DNA from: a virus
Direction: 5' to 3' (one strand)
DNA length: 64,000 nt
Virus record (IMG/VR): IMGVR_UViG_3300045988_096313
Location: 32,001 to 96,000 of that record
A program made the position numbers and the translations under genes. Position 1 is the first letter of the stretch. Each line of letters begins with the position of its first letter. The notes beneath the pieces were generated by a model. The model was not told where the DNA came from. It worked only from the letters and a program-made list of their open reading frames with translations, and did no database searches. This document shows, piece after piece, positions 48,564-57,373 of the stretch.

Positions 48564-48695
48564 ATGGATGCAGGCAAAATAACATTAGGTAGCTATATTG
48601 CCTATCTCAAAAGTATGTATCAGCGATATGGTAATATAAGTATTACGCAACTAAAGCATATAGAAAGAAACAGGAAAAAGGAGAATAAACAATGA
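48564..48695 (+). CDS. hypothetical small protein (43 aa)
   Basis: Hand-translated. ATGA overlap with the next gene. Confidence 0.3.
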   Translation: MDAGKITLGSYIAYLKSMYQRYGNISITQLKHIERNRKKENKQ

Positions 48696-49096
48696 GCATA
48701 TATGTAACAATAAACTTGGATAGCTTGATATGCAAGCTGTCTAATAAAGAATTATATGATTTCATGATTGAAACATTCCGTGATAGAGTACCTGATGAAT
48801 CTCATATAAGCCTTATAACAGAAATGTTTAAGGTTATGTATGATACAGACCAAGAAGATGCACTTGCCAAAATGGTTGCTAACATACAAGGAAGAAGACC
48901 AAAGCAAGTGTCTCCCGTATGGGTTTCTGTCAAGGATAGACTTCCACCAGTAGATAAAGAAGCTGTAGTACTCACTACAGATGGTGAAATATGTTTCGGA
49001 CATATAGTAGATAAAAAGATAGCCAAAGACTACAACGGATGGAATATTCCTGATGTAGAATACTGGCTACCATTCGTTGACCCAAAAGATGAATAA
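48692..49096 (+). CDS. DUF551 domain protein
   Basis: WVSVKDRLPPVDKEAVVLTTDGEICFGH...EYWLPF is the characteristic DUF551 pattern. Confidence 0.6.
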   Translation: MSIYVTINLDSLICKLSNKELYDFMIETFRDRVPDESHISLITEMFKVMYDTDQEDALAKMVANIQGRRPKQVSPVWVSVKDRLPPVDKEAVVLTTDGEICFGHIVDKKIAKDYNGWNIPDVEYWLPFVDPKDE

Positions 49097-49098
49097 TT

Positions 49099-49434
49099 AT
49101 GGATTTTATGAACTCAGAGCGTAAAGCACGCAAACCTCACAAATGTTATATGTGTGGTTGTGAAATAGAAGTAGGACATAAATATATTCGTCAGTTTGTA
49201 CCAGAATACAGGTCTGCAACCTGTATGCACAAGGAATGTGTAGACCTTCTAAGCTATGAAGGTTTCTGTGATGAAGAATCTAGCGAGGGTACAAGTGATG
49301 ATTTCTTTTGCAACGCAATCTTTGATTACGTCAATAGGTATCATACTTCTTCTGATGGCAAAGCGTTAGATGAAGGTTGGGATGCGCCTATATATGAACA
49401 AGTAAAACTAATTTTAAAAGAATTGGAGGATTGA
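49099..49434 (+). CDS. Cys-rich hypothetical protein (111 aa)
   Basis: HKCYMCGCEIEVGHKY...CMHKEC. Confidence 0.5.
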   Translation: MDFMNSERKARKPHKCYMCGCEIEVGHKYIRQFVPEYRSATCMHKECVDLLSYEGFCDEESSEGTSDDFFCNAIFDYVNRYHTSSDGKALDEGWDAPIYEQVKLILKELED

Positions 49435-49436
49435 TT

Positions 49437-49592
49437 ATGACAAAATTTAAAGTAGTTAGATATTGGGATACATATCCCGATGGAGTTGTTGCAACTTGTG
49501 ACACAGAGGAGGAGGCTGAAAAGATACGTAAGAAATATCTTAGTAATTGCAAGCCTATGTATGACTATTTGGTTAGAAAGGAGAACGAGTAA
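49437..49592 (+). CDS. hypothetical small protein (51 aa)
   Basis: Hand-translated as MTKFKVVRYWDTYPDGVVATCDTEEEAEKIRKKY.... Confidence 0.35.
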   Translation: MTKFKVVRYWDTYPDGVVATCDTEEEAEKIRKKYLSNCKPMYDYLVRKENE

Positions 49593-49759
49593 TGACTAGA
49601 GAAGAGTTAAGAAATAATTATGGAAATGACATCTGTGAGTTATGCCACCGTGAGTTCTATACTAGCAGAGCATACCCAGAATCACTTTGCGAAGGTCTGT
49701 TTTGCGAAGAGGCAGAAGATGACTACGCAGCAGAAAATAACATAGAGTTGGAGGATTGA
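49592..49759 (+). CDS. hypothetical small protein (55 aa)
   Basis: Hand-translated as MTREELRNNYGNDICELCHREFY.... TAATG overlap upstream. Confidence 0.35.
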   Translation: MTREELRNNYGNDICELCHREFYTSRAYPESLCEGLFCEEAEDDYAAENNIELED

Positions 49760-49760
49760 T

Positions 49761-50015
49761 ATGACAGAAGAAATTTATAACAAAGCTACAAACTTAAGAA
49801 GTTTAATTGAAAAAGACAAGAAGACTCTTAAGTATTGGAAGGAAGCAGTAGATGCAACAGAAGAAACTATCACATTGTCTAACGGATTAGGATATAATGG
49901 ATATGTAAAAACATCTATTGCTATGTTTATATCTTTCAAAGAATTGAAAGATATGGCTATTGAGAGACTTACAAAGAGTTTAGAACGACATCAAAAAATG
50001 TATGAAGAATTATAA
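49761..50015 (+). CDS. hypothetical protein (84 aa)
   Basis: Intact ORF in the array. Confidence 0.45.
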   Translation: MTEEIYNKATNLRSLIEKDKKTLKYWKEAVDATEETITLSNGLGYNGYVKTSIAMFISFKELKDMAIERLTKSLERHQKMYEEL

Positions 50016-50029
50016 TGGAGAACTAAATT

Positions 50030-50458
50030 ATGGACAGAAATCAAGCTAAAGAATTTTATCCTATTCTGCAAGCTTATGCTGAAGGAAAGGTAATAGAGTG
50101 TAGAACCAAACCAAGTGCCATAGAAGATGAGAACGTTCCGAATGAATGGGCAGAAATAAAGGTTATAGAGTTTAATGGCAATAAAGAGTATCGCATTAAG
50201 CCAAATCTAGAACCAGAGTCAGAGTACCGTCCTTTCAAGGATGCTATAGAGTGCTGGACTGAAATGCGTAAGCATAAGCCGTTTTCAATTTTGAAGGATA
50301 AAAAAGATGGACATCGGATTCAAATCTCTTCTATCTCTGATGGAATTAATTCAATTAGTTCAAGTCCAGATTCAAATTTTTGCTGTGATTTTAAATACAG
50401 AATGGATTCATGTACCTTTGATGATGGGGCTCCATTCGGCGTAAAAGTGGAGGAATAG
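50030..50458 (+). CDS. hypothetical protein (142 aa)
   Basis: Intact ORF in the array. Confidence 0.5.
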   Translation: MDRNQAKEFYPILQAYAEGKVIECRTKPSAIEDENVPNEWAEIKVIEFNGNKEYRIKPNLEPESEYRPFKDAIECWTEMRKHKPFSILKDKKDGHRIQISSISDGINSISSSPDSNFCCDFKYRMDSCTFDDGAPFGVKVEE

Positions 50459-50460
50459 TT

Positions 50461-50703
50461 ATGGAAATTAATGAAAAAATAAATGAAATAATTCAACAAG
50501 CAAAAGAAGAAGGAGATTATAAGGAAGATTTTGACGCATTTGAACAAGCGATATATGACCAAGGTTTTCATAATGCAATTTCTTTCATGCTGTGGAATCC
50601 AAGCGAGCGAAGTTGTTCTAATTGTCAGTATCAGCACAGTAGACAGCTATGTGGGGAAGAGTACTGCGGGCAAAAATACTGGAGACCAAAATTGGAGGAA
50701 TAG
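50461..50703 (+). CDS. hypothetical protein (80 aa)
   Basis: Intact ORF in the array. Confidence 0.45.
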   Translation: MEINEKINEIIQQAKEEGDYKEDFDAFEQAIYDQGFHNAISFMLWNPSERSCSNCQYQHSRQLCGEEYCGQKYWRPKLEE

Positions 50704-50729
50704 ATATGCCATGTAAAGAAGAATAGCTT

Positions 50730-50945
50730 ATGTATAGACCGATTACAATGTATCAGATTGTTTGCGATAGATGCGGAGAAGTGTTTGGTGGTACAGATAC
50801 TTGCTCTGCACTATTCAGTAACAAAGAAGTTGATATTGGTGACTACTCTGATTGGGAAATGATAGATAGCAAACACTATTGTCCCGATTGTTATGAAGTA
50901 GAGGTCATTGATGGAGTGTATAACGTTAAAGCAAAGGAGAAATAG
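50730..50945 (+). CDS. zinc-ribbon small protein, paralog of 46290..46514
   Basis: Shared CDRCG...HYCPDCYE motifs. Confidence 0.5.
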   Translation: MYRPITMYQIVCDRCGEVFGGTDTCSALFSNKEVDIGDYSDWEMIDSKHYCPDCYEVEVIDGVYNVKAKEK

Positions 50946-50947
50946 AT

Positions 50948-51262
50948 ATGGAAGTATTAAAAGACATAAGTCAGTTAACAAAAGGTTGCGGAGTGACATT
51001 CATTAAAAATGATAATTTCCACTTCTACGAGTACCTTATGGTACACCCTAATCGTGAAACCTATTATCTTTTTATAGATAACTGGACGCAAGACGTTGTA
51101 CGAATACACGTCAGCGAACTCTTAAATGGAGATTACTATATAGGTGAATATGATACTGTTTTCGTTAATAAAAAGATGATAGAATTTTATAAACGTATGA
51201 TTCACTGTCACGAGAATAGAATTAAAGAGAGTTTAAAGAAAAATAGTTATGGCAACCTATAG
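50948..51262 (+). CDS. hypothetical protein (104 aa)
   Basis: Intact ORF in the array. Confidence 0.5.
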   Translation: MEVLKDISQLTKGCGVTFIKNDNFHFYEYLMVHPNRETYYLFIDNWTQDVVRIHVSELLNGDYYIGEYDTVFVNKKMIEFYKRMIHCHENRIKESLKKNSYGNL

Positions 51263-51503
51263 AATAGTAGATATGTATCGTAAAAGCAAGGCTGTTAGAG
51301 GCATACATTACGATTCTTGGAATGAGCAAATCCTTGCTTATCGTGTAGATAAAAGACATTCATTGCTCTTTGGGCTTATCCATTATTGGGATTATGGCGC
51401 ATATAACCTTTGTCCAGAGTATTTGTTTCCTTCGGTTGATAAAGCCAAGGAGGCTATATTAAAAGTGAACAAAAATAGAAGAGTGACAATTTTACATAAA
51501 TAG
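51249..51503 (+). CDS. hypothetical protein (84 aa)
   Basis: Intact ORF overlapping the upstream gene. Confidence 0.45.
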   Translation: MATYRIVDMYRKSKAVRGIHYDSWNEQILAYRVDKRHSLLFGLIHYWDYGAYNLCPEYLFPSVDKAKEAILKVNKNRRVTILHK

Positions 51504-51506
51504 CTT

Positions 51507-51884
51507 ATGAAAATAGAAAACATAAAGTTCAAGGCTAAACGTCTTGACAACGGAGAATTGGTTTATGGTAGCCTAATCAGAAGTACTGCTGGGATAAAAG
51601 AAAGAGCTTACATAGTAGATAATTTTAGTAGTATGAGCGATTATAGTGTTATTGGTATTGACCATTCTACCATCTGCCAGTTTACAGGGCTGAAAGACAA
51701 GAACGGAACACCTATCTATGAAGGCGATATAGTTATATACAAAGACAACAATGCTGAGAGGCGAGGTGCTATTGTTTGGGACAACGAATCAATAGCATTC
51801 TGCTTTGAAAAAGGTTTCTTCTTGTGCCATTTCCCTTCAAAAAATATGGTCGTTGTTGGCAATAAATTCGATAAAAATAAGTAG
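51507..51884 (+). CDS. YopX family protein
   Basis: KFKAKRLDNGELVYGSL...CQFTGLKDKNGTPIYEGDIV matches the YopX pattern. Confidence 0.7.
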   Translation: MKIENIKFKAKRLDNGELVYGSLIRSTAGIKERAYIVDNFSSMSDYSVIGIDHSTICQFTGLKDKNGTPIYEGDIVIYKDNNAERRGAIVWDNESIAFCFEKGFFLCHFPSKNMVVVGNKFDKNK

Positions 51885-51887
51885 CTT

Positions 51888-52268
51888 ATGAATATAGCAA
51901 TTTTGTATATTTGTGTAAGCATTGTCTATATCTTCTTTGTCTGTTTAGATGGAGAAGATGTAAAGCCAAAATGGAAACAATGGCTAGCTGAAAAACTAGG
52001 CATCAAACCAAATATAGAAGTTAGATACATAGAGCCACAAATCGTTAAGCTTCATTCAAGGGTTGCAATATCACGTTTTGAAATGGAGTACTATGGTCGT
52101 GATAAATCTAGCATGGTACAATTGAAGAGAAGAGCAATAGAAAGTGTGTACGATGAAATTCTTAAGGGAATGAAGGCAAATGGATTGGTTTCCATTTCGC
52201 AATATAATGACATTTATAGTAATAACACTATTTATGAGGGGACATGTGAAATTTATAAAAATAATTAG
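51888..52268 (+). CDS. hypothetical protein with N-terminal TM (126 aa)
   Basis: MNIAILYICVSIVYIFFVCL. Confidence 0.45.
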   Translation: MNIAILYICVSIVYIFFVCLDGEDVKPKWKQWLAEKLGIKPNIEVRYIEPQIVKLHSRVAISRFEMEYYGRDKSSMVQLKRRAIESVYDEILKGMKANGLVSISQYNDIYSNNTIYEGTCEIYKNN

Positions 52269-52271
52269 TAT

Positions 52272-52532
52272 ATGAAGATAAGACAAGCTAAGAAGATAAT
52301 GAAGCAAGTCTATAAAACCCGATATTGGGCTTATAGACAAGGCTATTATTGTGGCAAAACGGATGCAGGAAAACTAGCCGGAGACCATCGTTTGTTAAAG
52401 GCTATGCGTCTTACACAGAAGTGGGAAATCCGCAAGATGCGAAATAAAATATTGAAGAAGAATCCGTTCAAACCGAGAGACCTTCGACGTAGTGTTTTAA
52501 AATTAATGAGATATGGATGTAGCAATGCTTAA
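52272..52532 (+). CDS. highly basic small protein (86 aa)
   Basis: Lys/Arg-rich throughout (RQAKKIMKQVYKTRYW...RKMRNKILKK...RDLRRSVLKLMR). Confidence 0.45.
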   Translation: MKIRQAKKIMKQVYKTRYWAYRQGYYCGKTDAGKLAGDHRLLKAMRLTQKWEIRKMRNKILKKNPFKPRDLRRSVLKLMRYGCSNA

Positions 52533-52589
52533 TCGTAAAATTCTCGGTGTAGATTTTGAATATAAAAACTTCTAAAATGAAAAAGAGAT

Positions 52590-53018
52590 ATGGAAATTAA
52601 AGATAACAAATTAGTCCTTGATATTCCTGAAGGAATGGAAGTGGACGTTGAAAAAAGTGACTTGAAAGCTGGCATTATTATGCTTAGAAAAAAGGTAATC
52701 TGCTATGCGGATGTCTTATCTGCTTTAGCTGAGGAAGGTGTTTGTCCCGTTGACATGAAAGTTCCTGGTTTGATTGCAGGAAAGATAATCGCATTAGCTA
52801 GGTTAATGACCATAGCTAAGTACTATAATGGAGATTGGAAACCGGATTGGAAGTCTAAAGAATATAAGCATAATATCATGCGAACCAGCGAATATGGTAT
52901 AACTTCTAGTGGTAATTATAACGAAGGTGCTATTTACTTCAAGAACAAAGAAGATGCCCAAGCCGTTATTGATAATCCGAATTTCAGAAGTATTCTTGAT
53001 GCAATCTATAAGGACTAA
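52590..53018 (+). CDS. hypothetical protein (142 aa)
   Basis: Intact ORF in the array. Confidence 0.5.
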   Translation: MEIKDNKLVLDIPEGMEVDVEKSDLKAGIIMLRKKVICYADVLSALAEEGVCPVDMKVPGLIAGKIIALARLMTIAKYYNGDWKPDWKSKEYKHNIMRTSEYGITSSGNYNEGAIYFKNKEDAQAVIDNPNFRSILDAIYKD

Positions 53019-53023
53019 GGCTT

Positions 53024-53263
53024 ATGAAAGAAATGTTCTTTAAGAGTGTAAAGTTCCGTGAAGTTCAGCATTGGTCATTCTCGGATGAATATATAACCGC
53101 ATACGTGTCGGTGAACCATGTTCCAAAGATGCACATGAGTGTTAATACACCTCGTGACGAATATGGATTTGCGAAAGGCAAACCAAAGCGTTACTTTAGA
53201 GTGGGGTTTGGAAAATGGCTTACCGAAAGAGCGTTTATTAAAAAATATTTTAGCGAAGAATAA
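53024..53263 (+). CDS. hypothetical protein (79 aa)
   Basis: Intact ORF in the array. Confidence 0.45.
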   Translation: MKEMFFKSVKFREVQHWSFSDEYITAYVSVNHVPKMHMSVNTPRDEYGFAKGKPKRYFRVGFGKWLTERAFIKKYFSEE

Positions 53264-54316
53264 ATGAATATAAAAAAGTCTGATATGGAAACAAAGATTA
53301 ATATAGAGGAAATCCTTAAGGATAAGCCGCAAGGAACAAAGCTGTATGACTGGTTGTATAATATAGACGTGGAGTTAGATACTATCAGTACTACAGATAC
53401 AGAAACAGTCGTTTGGTGTACAAATGAGACTGATAATAATACAACATGCCATCGTGGTTATTCCGGATTTGGTACAGTAAGAGGATGCAATGATGGCTTA
53501 CAGATTCTTCTTCCATCTAAGGAAATGCGTGATTGGCGCAAGTTCTCTTGGAAGAAGGGCGATGTTCTGGTTAGCAATGATAGCGACACACATATAATCT
53601 TTAAGGGTTTCTCAAAAAGTGATTATACTACATTTGAAGGTAAACACTGGATTAGTGTAAGTAAAAAGAGACATGTATCTTGTTTGAAAATGCAGAATGT
53701 ACAAGATTATCATATTGAAGATAACAAAGAATCTGCTCAGACCTACATCAACACCATCGAGGAAAGATTGGGTGGTAAGCTCAATCGTGAAACCTTCGAG
53801 ATTGAGAAGGTTCAGCCAGAGTTCAAGGATGGGGATATAATCTATGCAGAAAGTGATGCTTATCATTATCCTTCGATTCATATTTTAAACACTAATTGTG
53901 ATTCAAGACGTTATTATGCTAGGTTAGTAATTAATGGTAGTTATGATGGAGCTATCGACTATGATATATCAGCATTTGATGACGCTGCCCCAGATAGACT
54001 TCGCTTTGCAACAGAAGAAGAGAGACAACAACTCTTCAAAGCTCTTGCAAATGAAGGCAAGGCTTGGGATGCTGAGAAGAAAATGATTGTGGTCTTGAAG
54101 TCATTGTGGACTCCAAAGCCTTTTGATAAGGTGCTGGTTAGAAATTCGGATGCAGATAAATGGTTGGCAGGGTTCTTCGAGAAATTCGAGAAGTCTTGGA
54201 ATAATCCATACCATATAATGAATCTTCATCACATGACAGATTTTGCTTTTAAGCAGTGCATTCCTTACGAGGGTAACGAATCATTGTTAGGTACAACTAA
54301 AGATGTGGAGGGCTAA
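53264..54316 (+). CDS. hypothetical protein (350 aa)
   Basis: Largest ORF of the small-gene array, with no recognisable motif. Confidence 0.55.
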   Translation: MNIKKSDMETKINIEEILKDKPQGTKLYDWLYNIDVELDTISTTDTETVVWCTNETDNNTTCHRGYSGFGTVRGCNDGLQILLPSKEMRDWRKFSWKKGDVLVSNDSDTHIIFKGFSKSDYTTFEGKHWISVSKKRHVSCLKMQNVQDYHIEDNKESAQTYINTIEERLGGKLNRETFEIEKVQPEFKDGDIIYAESDAYHYPSIHILNTNCDSRRYYARLVINGSYDGAIDYDISAFDDAAPDRLRFATEEERQQLFKALANEGKAWDAEKKMIVVLKSLWTPKPFDKVLVRNSDADKWLAGFFEKFEKSWNNPYHIMNLHHMTDFAFKQCIPYEGNESLLGTTKDVEG

Positions 54317-54319
54317 GAT

Positions 54320-54466
54320 ATGGACGAAGCTTTTAAGAAAGAACTTATAAAACATTGCAAAAGGCAGATACAATACTTTAAGAGAATGGGCAGAACTGAT
54401 TCTTTCGCATATAAGGAACATGTTATCTTGCTTAGTTTTCTCGAACGTCCATATTTACCTTTTTAA
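54320..54466 (+). CDS. hypothetical small protein (48 aa)
   Basis: Hand-translated as MDEAFKKELIKHCKRQIQYFKRMGRTDSFAYKEHVILLSFLERPYLPF. Confidence 0.3.
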   Translation: MDEAFKKELIKHCKRQIQYFKRMGRTDSFAYKEHVILLSFLERPYLPF

Positions 54467-54479
54467 TACAACAATAGTT

Positions 54480-54803
54480 ATGATAGACGATAAGAAAATA
54501 GAAGCTGCCGCTTTTGAGGAATACCCTCTTAACAGCGATGGAAATATTATAGGAAGAAATGGTTTCAAAGAAGGTGCTAAGTGGGCTATCAAAGCGTTTT
54601 TAGAAGGCTTGTGGCATCAAACAAATAAAGAGCCAGAAGGATATGATGAATGGATATTGCTACACTATAATGTAGGAAACTATTATTCATTAGCCCAAGT
54701 CAAAGACTTCAAATCTTGGAAAGGATTTGTTGAGAGAGCACCTATAGAAAACTGGCTCTATATTGATGATTTAGAATCAAAGGAAGGAGGTGAATGCAAA
54801 TGA
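54480..54803 (+). CDS. DUF551-like protein, paralog of 45878..46297
   Basis: Start at ATG 54480 by alignment to its paralog. C-terminal ENWLYIDDLESKEGGECK. Confidence 0.5.
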   Translation: MIDDKKIEAAAFEEYPLNSDGNIIGRNGFKEGAKWAIKAFLEGLWHQTNKEPEGYDEWILLHYNVGNYYSLAQVKDFKSWKGFVERAPIENWLYIDDLESKEGGECK

Positions 54804-54973
54804 CCGATGCAGAATTCTATAAGTTTGTGCTTGTACTAGAGAATGAAGCGTTTCGGTTTTCGAGAAGCCAAAACGAATTTAAGGAACATCGGGGGATTAT
54901 AGAACAGTCCTTCAAGCTAGGAGGATTGTTCATCCTTAGAGAACTGAAAAAGTATTTTAATCAAAAGAAGTAA
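54800..54973 (+). CDS. hypothetical small protein (57 aa)
   Basis: Hand-translated. ATGA overlap upstream, ending in the TAAGCGTATG junction. Confidence 0.35.
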   Translation: MTDAEFYKFVLVLENEAFRFSRSQNEFKEHRGIIEQSFKLGGLFILRELKKYFNQKK

Positions 54974-54977
54974 GCGT

Positions 54978-55151
54978 ATGAAAAAAGTTTCTTTGACTGA
55001 TGATGAGATGGAATTACTTATTATCGGGTTGCATTGTGTAGATAGGTCTAATTATAACAACTACGGACGATATTACGACTCTTATGATAAAGTGTCGCAA
55101 ATGAAGGAAGAACTTAGGATTAAACTTAAGAGAACGTTGTATAATTTTTAG
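54978..55151 (+). CDS. hypothetical small protein (57 aa)
   Basis: Hand-translated as MKKVSLTDDEMELLIIGLHCVDRSNYNNYGRYYDSYDKVSQMKEELRIKLKRTLYNF. Confidence 0.35.
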   Translation: MKKVSLTDDEMELLIIGLHCVDRSNYNNYGRYYDSYDKVSQMKEELRIKLKRTLYNF

Positions 55152-55181
55152 TTTTGAATAGTAGTTTAAATATATTAAGAT

Positions 55182-55457
55182 ATGGAATTAAAGATAAAAA
55201 CGCATCATGCATTGCCTTGCCGTGCAGAGGTATTCACCATTAACGGAAAGAATGCCGAACAAAACGATTTTGGCGATATGTATGACCATCATGCTCAAGA
55301 TGCAGAGCCTTATGCTTGTGCCGATATGAGCTTTGACCCAAAGCCTCCAACAAAGGAAGTACTAGACCGATATAATATAACGGATAAAGAATATTATGAA
55401 ATCTGCAACGAACTAGAATGTGAGTTGTGCGTTGGTCGTTGCGGATGGTGTGTTTGA
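55182..55457 (+). CDS. Cys-rich hypothetical protein (91 aa)
   Basis: C-terminal CELCVGRCGWCV. Confidence 0.45.
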   Translation: MELKIKTHHALPCRAEVFTINGKNAEQNDFGDMYDHHAQDAEPYACADMSFDPKPPTKEVLDRYNITDKEYYEICNELECELCVGRCGWCV

Positions 55458-55485
55458 TAGTATTTGAGAATAAACAATATAAGCA

Positions 55486-55665
55486 ATGACAAAGGAAGAA
55501 ATATTAGAGAAGGCATCCGACTTTGAGGATGAAGATGAGTTTGTGAAGTGTGATAGATTGCCGTTCACTGAGGAATGGTGGCTTTTGCATCAACTAGTGT
55601 ATCATCTTGGCTTGACTTGTACCTATACAGGTCGTGGTTATATAATTGAGAAACTTAAAGATTAG
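55486..55665 (+). CDS. hypothetical small protein (59 aa)
   Basis: Hand-translated as MTKEEILEKASDFEDEDEFVKCDRLPFTEEWW.... Confidence 0.35.
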   Translation: MTKEEILEKASDFEDEDEFVKCDRLPFTEEWWLLHQLVYHLGLTCTYTGRGYIIEKLKD

Positions 55666-55678
55666 TAAAGTTTAAGAG

Positions 55679-55701
55679 CGTGAGACACACGTTAAAAACT
55701 G
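55679..55701 (+). promoter_or_regulatory. conserved hairpin-box copy 8 (CGTG-AGACA-CACG)
   Basis: CGTGAGACACACG-TTAAAAACTG with no adjacent -7 box. Ends 14 nt before ATG 55716. Confidence 0.6.
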
Positions 55702-55715
55702 AAAAGAAGAAACAA

Positions 55716-56471
55716 ATGGAAAGTAAGATTGTTTTGACAAAAGAAAGCTCTTCATTGGATTTGGAGAGTTACTTTCGTGGAGTTTTGGAATTAGATAAGC
55801 AGAGAAAGGAATATCCTGTAAATCTTGATGAAGTTTGGCAACTTTGCTATGCGGAGAAAGGAAAGGCAGTGCGTGCATTGAAGACCAACTTCATTGAGAA
55901 TGTGGATTTTATCAGTATTGCCAAAAATGGCAAAACTGCAACAGGTGGTTACAAAGAGGTTAGCTATCACCTCACCTCCGCTTGTTTGGAATATTTTGTT
56001 GCTCGCAAGGTTCGTCCGGTGTTTGAAGTGTACCGCAAGGTCTTTCATTGTGTAGCACAAGGCATGATACCTTCTTATCAGATTGAAGACCCAATTGAGA
56101 GAGCGAAGCGTTGGATAAAGGAGCAGGAAGAGAAGAAAGCTATTGAGGAAAAGAACAAGGAAATGCAGCCAAAGGCAGAATACTTTGATAACTTAGTTGA
56201 CAAAGGCTTGCTTACGAACTTCCGAGATACAGCAAAGGAGATTGGTATGAAGCAGAATCTGTTCATCAAAATCTTGATTAAGAAGAAATACGTCTATCGT
56301 GATAAACAGAATCACATTAAGCCATATTCACAATACAATGATGACTTGTTTAAGGTGAAAGACTGGGGAAATGACAAAGCTGTTGGTACAAGAACACTTA
56401 TCACACCAAAGGGAAAGGAGACATTCAGACTGCTTTTCGGAAATGGTAATATGCCTTCGTTGAATTTCTAG
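55716..56471 (+). CDS. phage antirepressor, KilAC domain protein
   Basis: C-terminal KAEYFDNLVDKGLLTNFRDTAKEIGMKQNLFIKILIKKKYVYRD matches the KilAC/ANT pattern. Start moved to the first ATG after the box. Confidence 0.7.
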   Translation: MESKIVLTKESSSLDLESYFRGVLELDKQRKEYPVNLDEVWQLCYAEKGKAVRALKTNFIENVDFISIAKNGKTATGGYKEVSYHLTSACLEYFVARKVRPVFEVYRKVFHCVAQGMIPSYQIEDPIERAKRWIKEQEEKKAIEEKNKEMQPKAEYFDNLVDKGLLTNFRDTAKEIGMKQNLFIKILIKKKYVYRDKQNHIKPYSQYNDDLFKVKDWGNDKAVGTRTLITPKGKETFRLLFGNGNMPSLNF

Positions 56472-56568
56472 GTAGAAGGAGAGGAATGTTACTTCCCCTC
56501 CTTTGCCTTAATCTCAAGCTCGATAGGCTTGCCGCAATGAGGGCAGATGATAGCCGGAGATTATATAA

Positions 56569-56588
56569 AGTGAGTCACACAAAAACTG
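56569..56588 (+). promoter_or_regulatory. conserved hairpin-box copy 9 (degenerate, AGTG-AGTCA-CACA)
   Basis: AGTGAGTCACACA-AAAACTG, ending 7 nt before ATG 56596. The closing pair is not complementary. Confidence 0.45.
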
Positions 56589-56595
56589 AAAAATT

Positions 56596-57306
56596 ATGGA
56601 AATTGATAAAAGTAAAGTGTATTATTCCGTGGAGGGATTTCCTTTTAAGATTGTAAAAATGACATCAAAGTTGACTTGTATTGTTTTTGCTTTCAAACAA
56701 GGATTTATGAAAGGAGTAAGAATAGACAAGATTAACAATGTTTCTTTTCTTATAAATGGAAAAGGTTACTTTGATGTAACTACCATTGAGGAGTATTGTG
56801 ATAAGTATAATTCAAAAGCGTACCAAATTTGGACTGGTATTTTATGCCGCATAGGGGTATCTGGGTATAAAGATGTGAGTGTTTGTAAGGAGTGGTTATT
56901 GTTCTCTCGTTTTGAAAAATTTCATACCAGGTGGTATCAAGAAGGTTATGCAATAGATAAAGATTTGCTTTCGGGTGATACTAAGATATATTCCCCTGAT
57001 ACTTGTACTTATATGCCGGGTTATTTGAACAATTCAATAACTCCCGAATTTAGTAAACGAGAATATGATTTTAAGAAATCTAATGGTATCTATTATTATG
57101 ATATAGCTGATATAAAACAACGTATTTATAGTTCCACAAAGGATGGAATTATTCACAAATACGCCATTTGTAGATGCATAAGGGTTAAAACGTATTATTC
57201 TTCGTGTTGGAAGTTTTTGCGTCCGGAAGCGAGAGAAAAGATAGAAAATATGTATCAGGTAGAACATTTAGAAAAGTATATAAAGGAACACTTAAAGGAG
57301 GATTAA
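56596..57306 (+). CDS. hypothetical protein (236 aa)
   Basis: Intact ORF following box copy 9. Confidence 0.5.
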   Translation: MEIDKSKVYYSVEGFPFKIVKMTSKLTCIVFAFKQGFMKGVRIDKINNVSFLINGKGYFDVTTIEEYCDKYNSKAYQIWTGILCRIGVSGYKDVSVCKEWLLFSRFEKFHTRWYQEGYAIDKDLLSGDTKIYSPDTCTYMPGYLNNSITPEFSKREYDFKKSNGIYYYDIADIKQRIYSSTKDGIIHKYAICRCIRVKTYYSSCWKFLRPEAREKIENMYQVEHLEKYIKEHLKED

Positions 57307-57317
57307 TCCTCCTTTAA
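57292..57317. terminator. perfect 26-nt palindrome between convergent genes (bidirectional terminator candidate)
   Basis: TTAAAGGAGGATT|AATCCTCCTTTAA. Overlaps the stop of the 56596..57306 gene. Confidence 0.6.
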
Positions 57318-57373
57318 ATTAATTCCCATATTAATAGGTTTGCCACAAAGAAGCCAATTTAACTTGGTTGGCT

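Noticed and set aside
56476-56504. Hairpin AAGGAG...CTCCTT after the KilAC gene as an intrinsic terminator.
   Set aside because: The stem contains mismatches and the downstream T tract is only TTTG. It is too weak to list as a feature, although a new transcription or regulatory unit (box copy 9) follows it.
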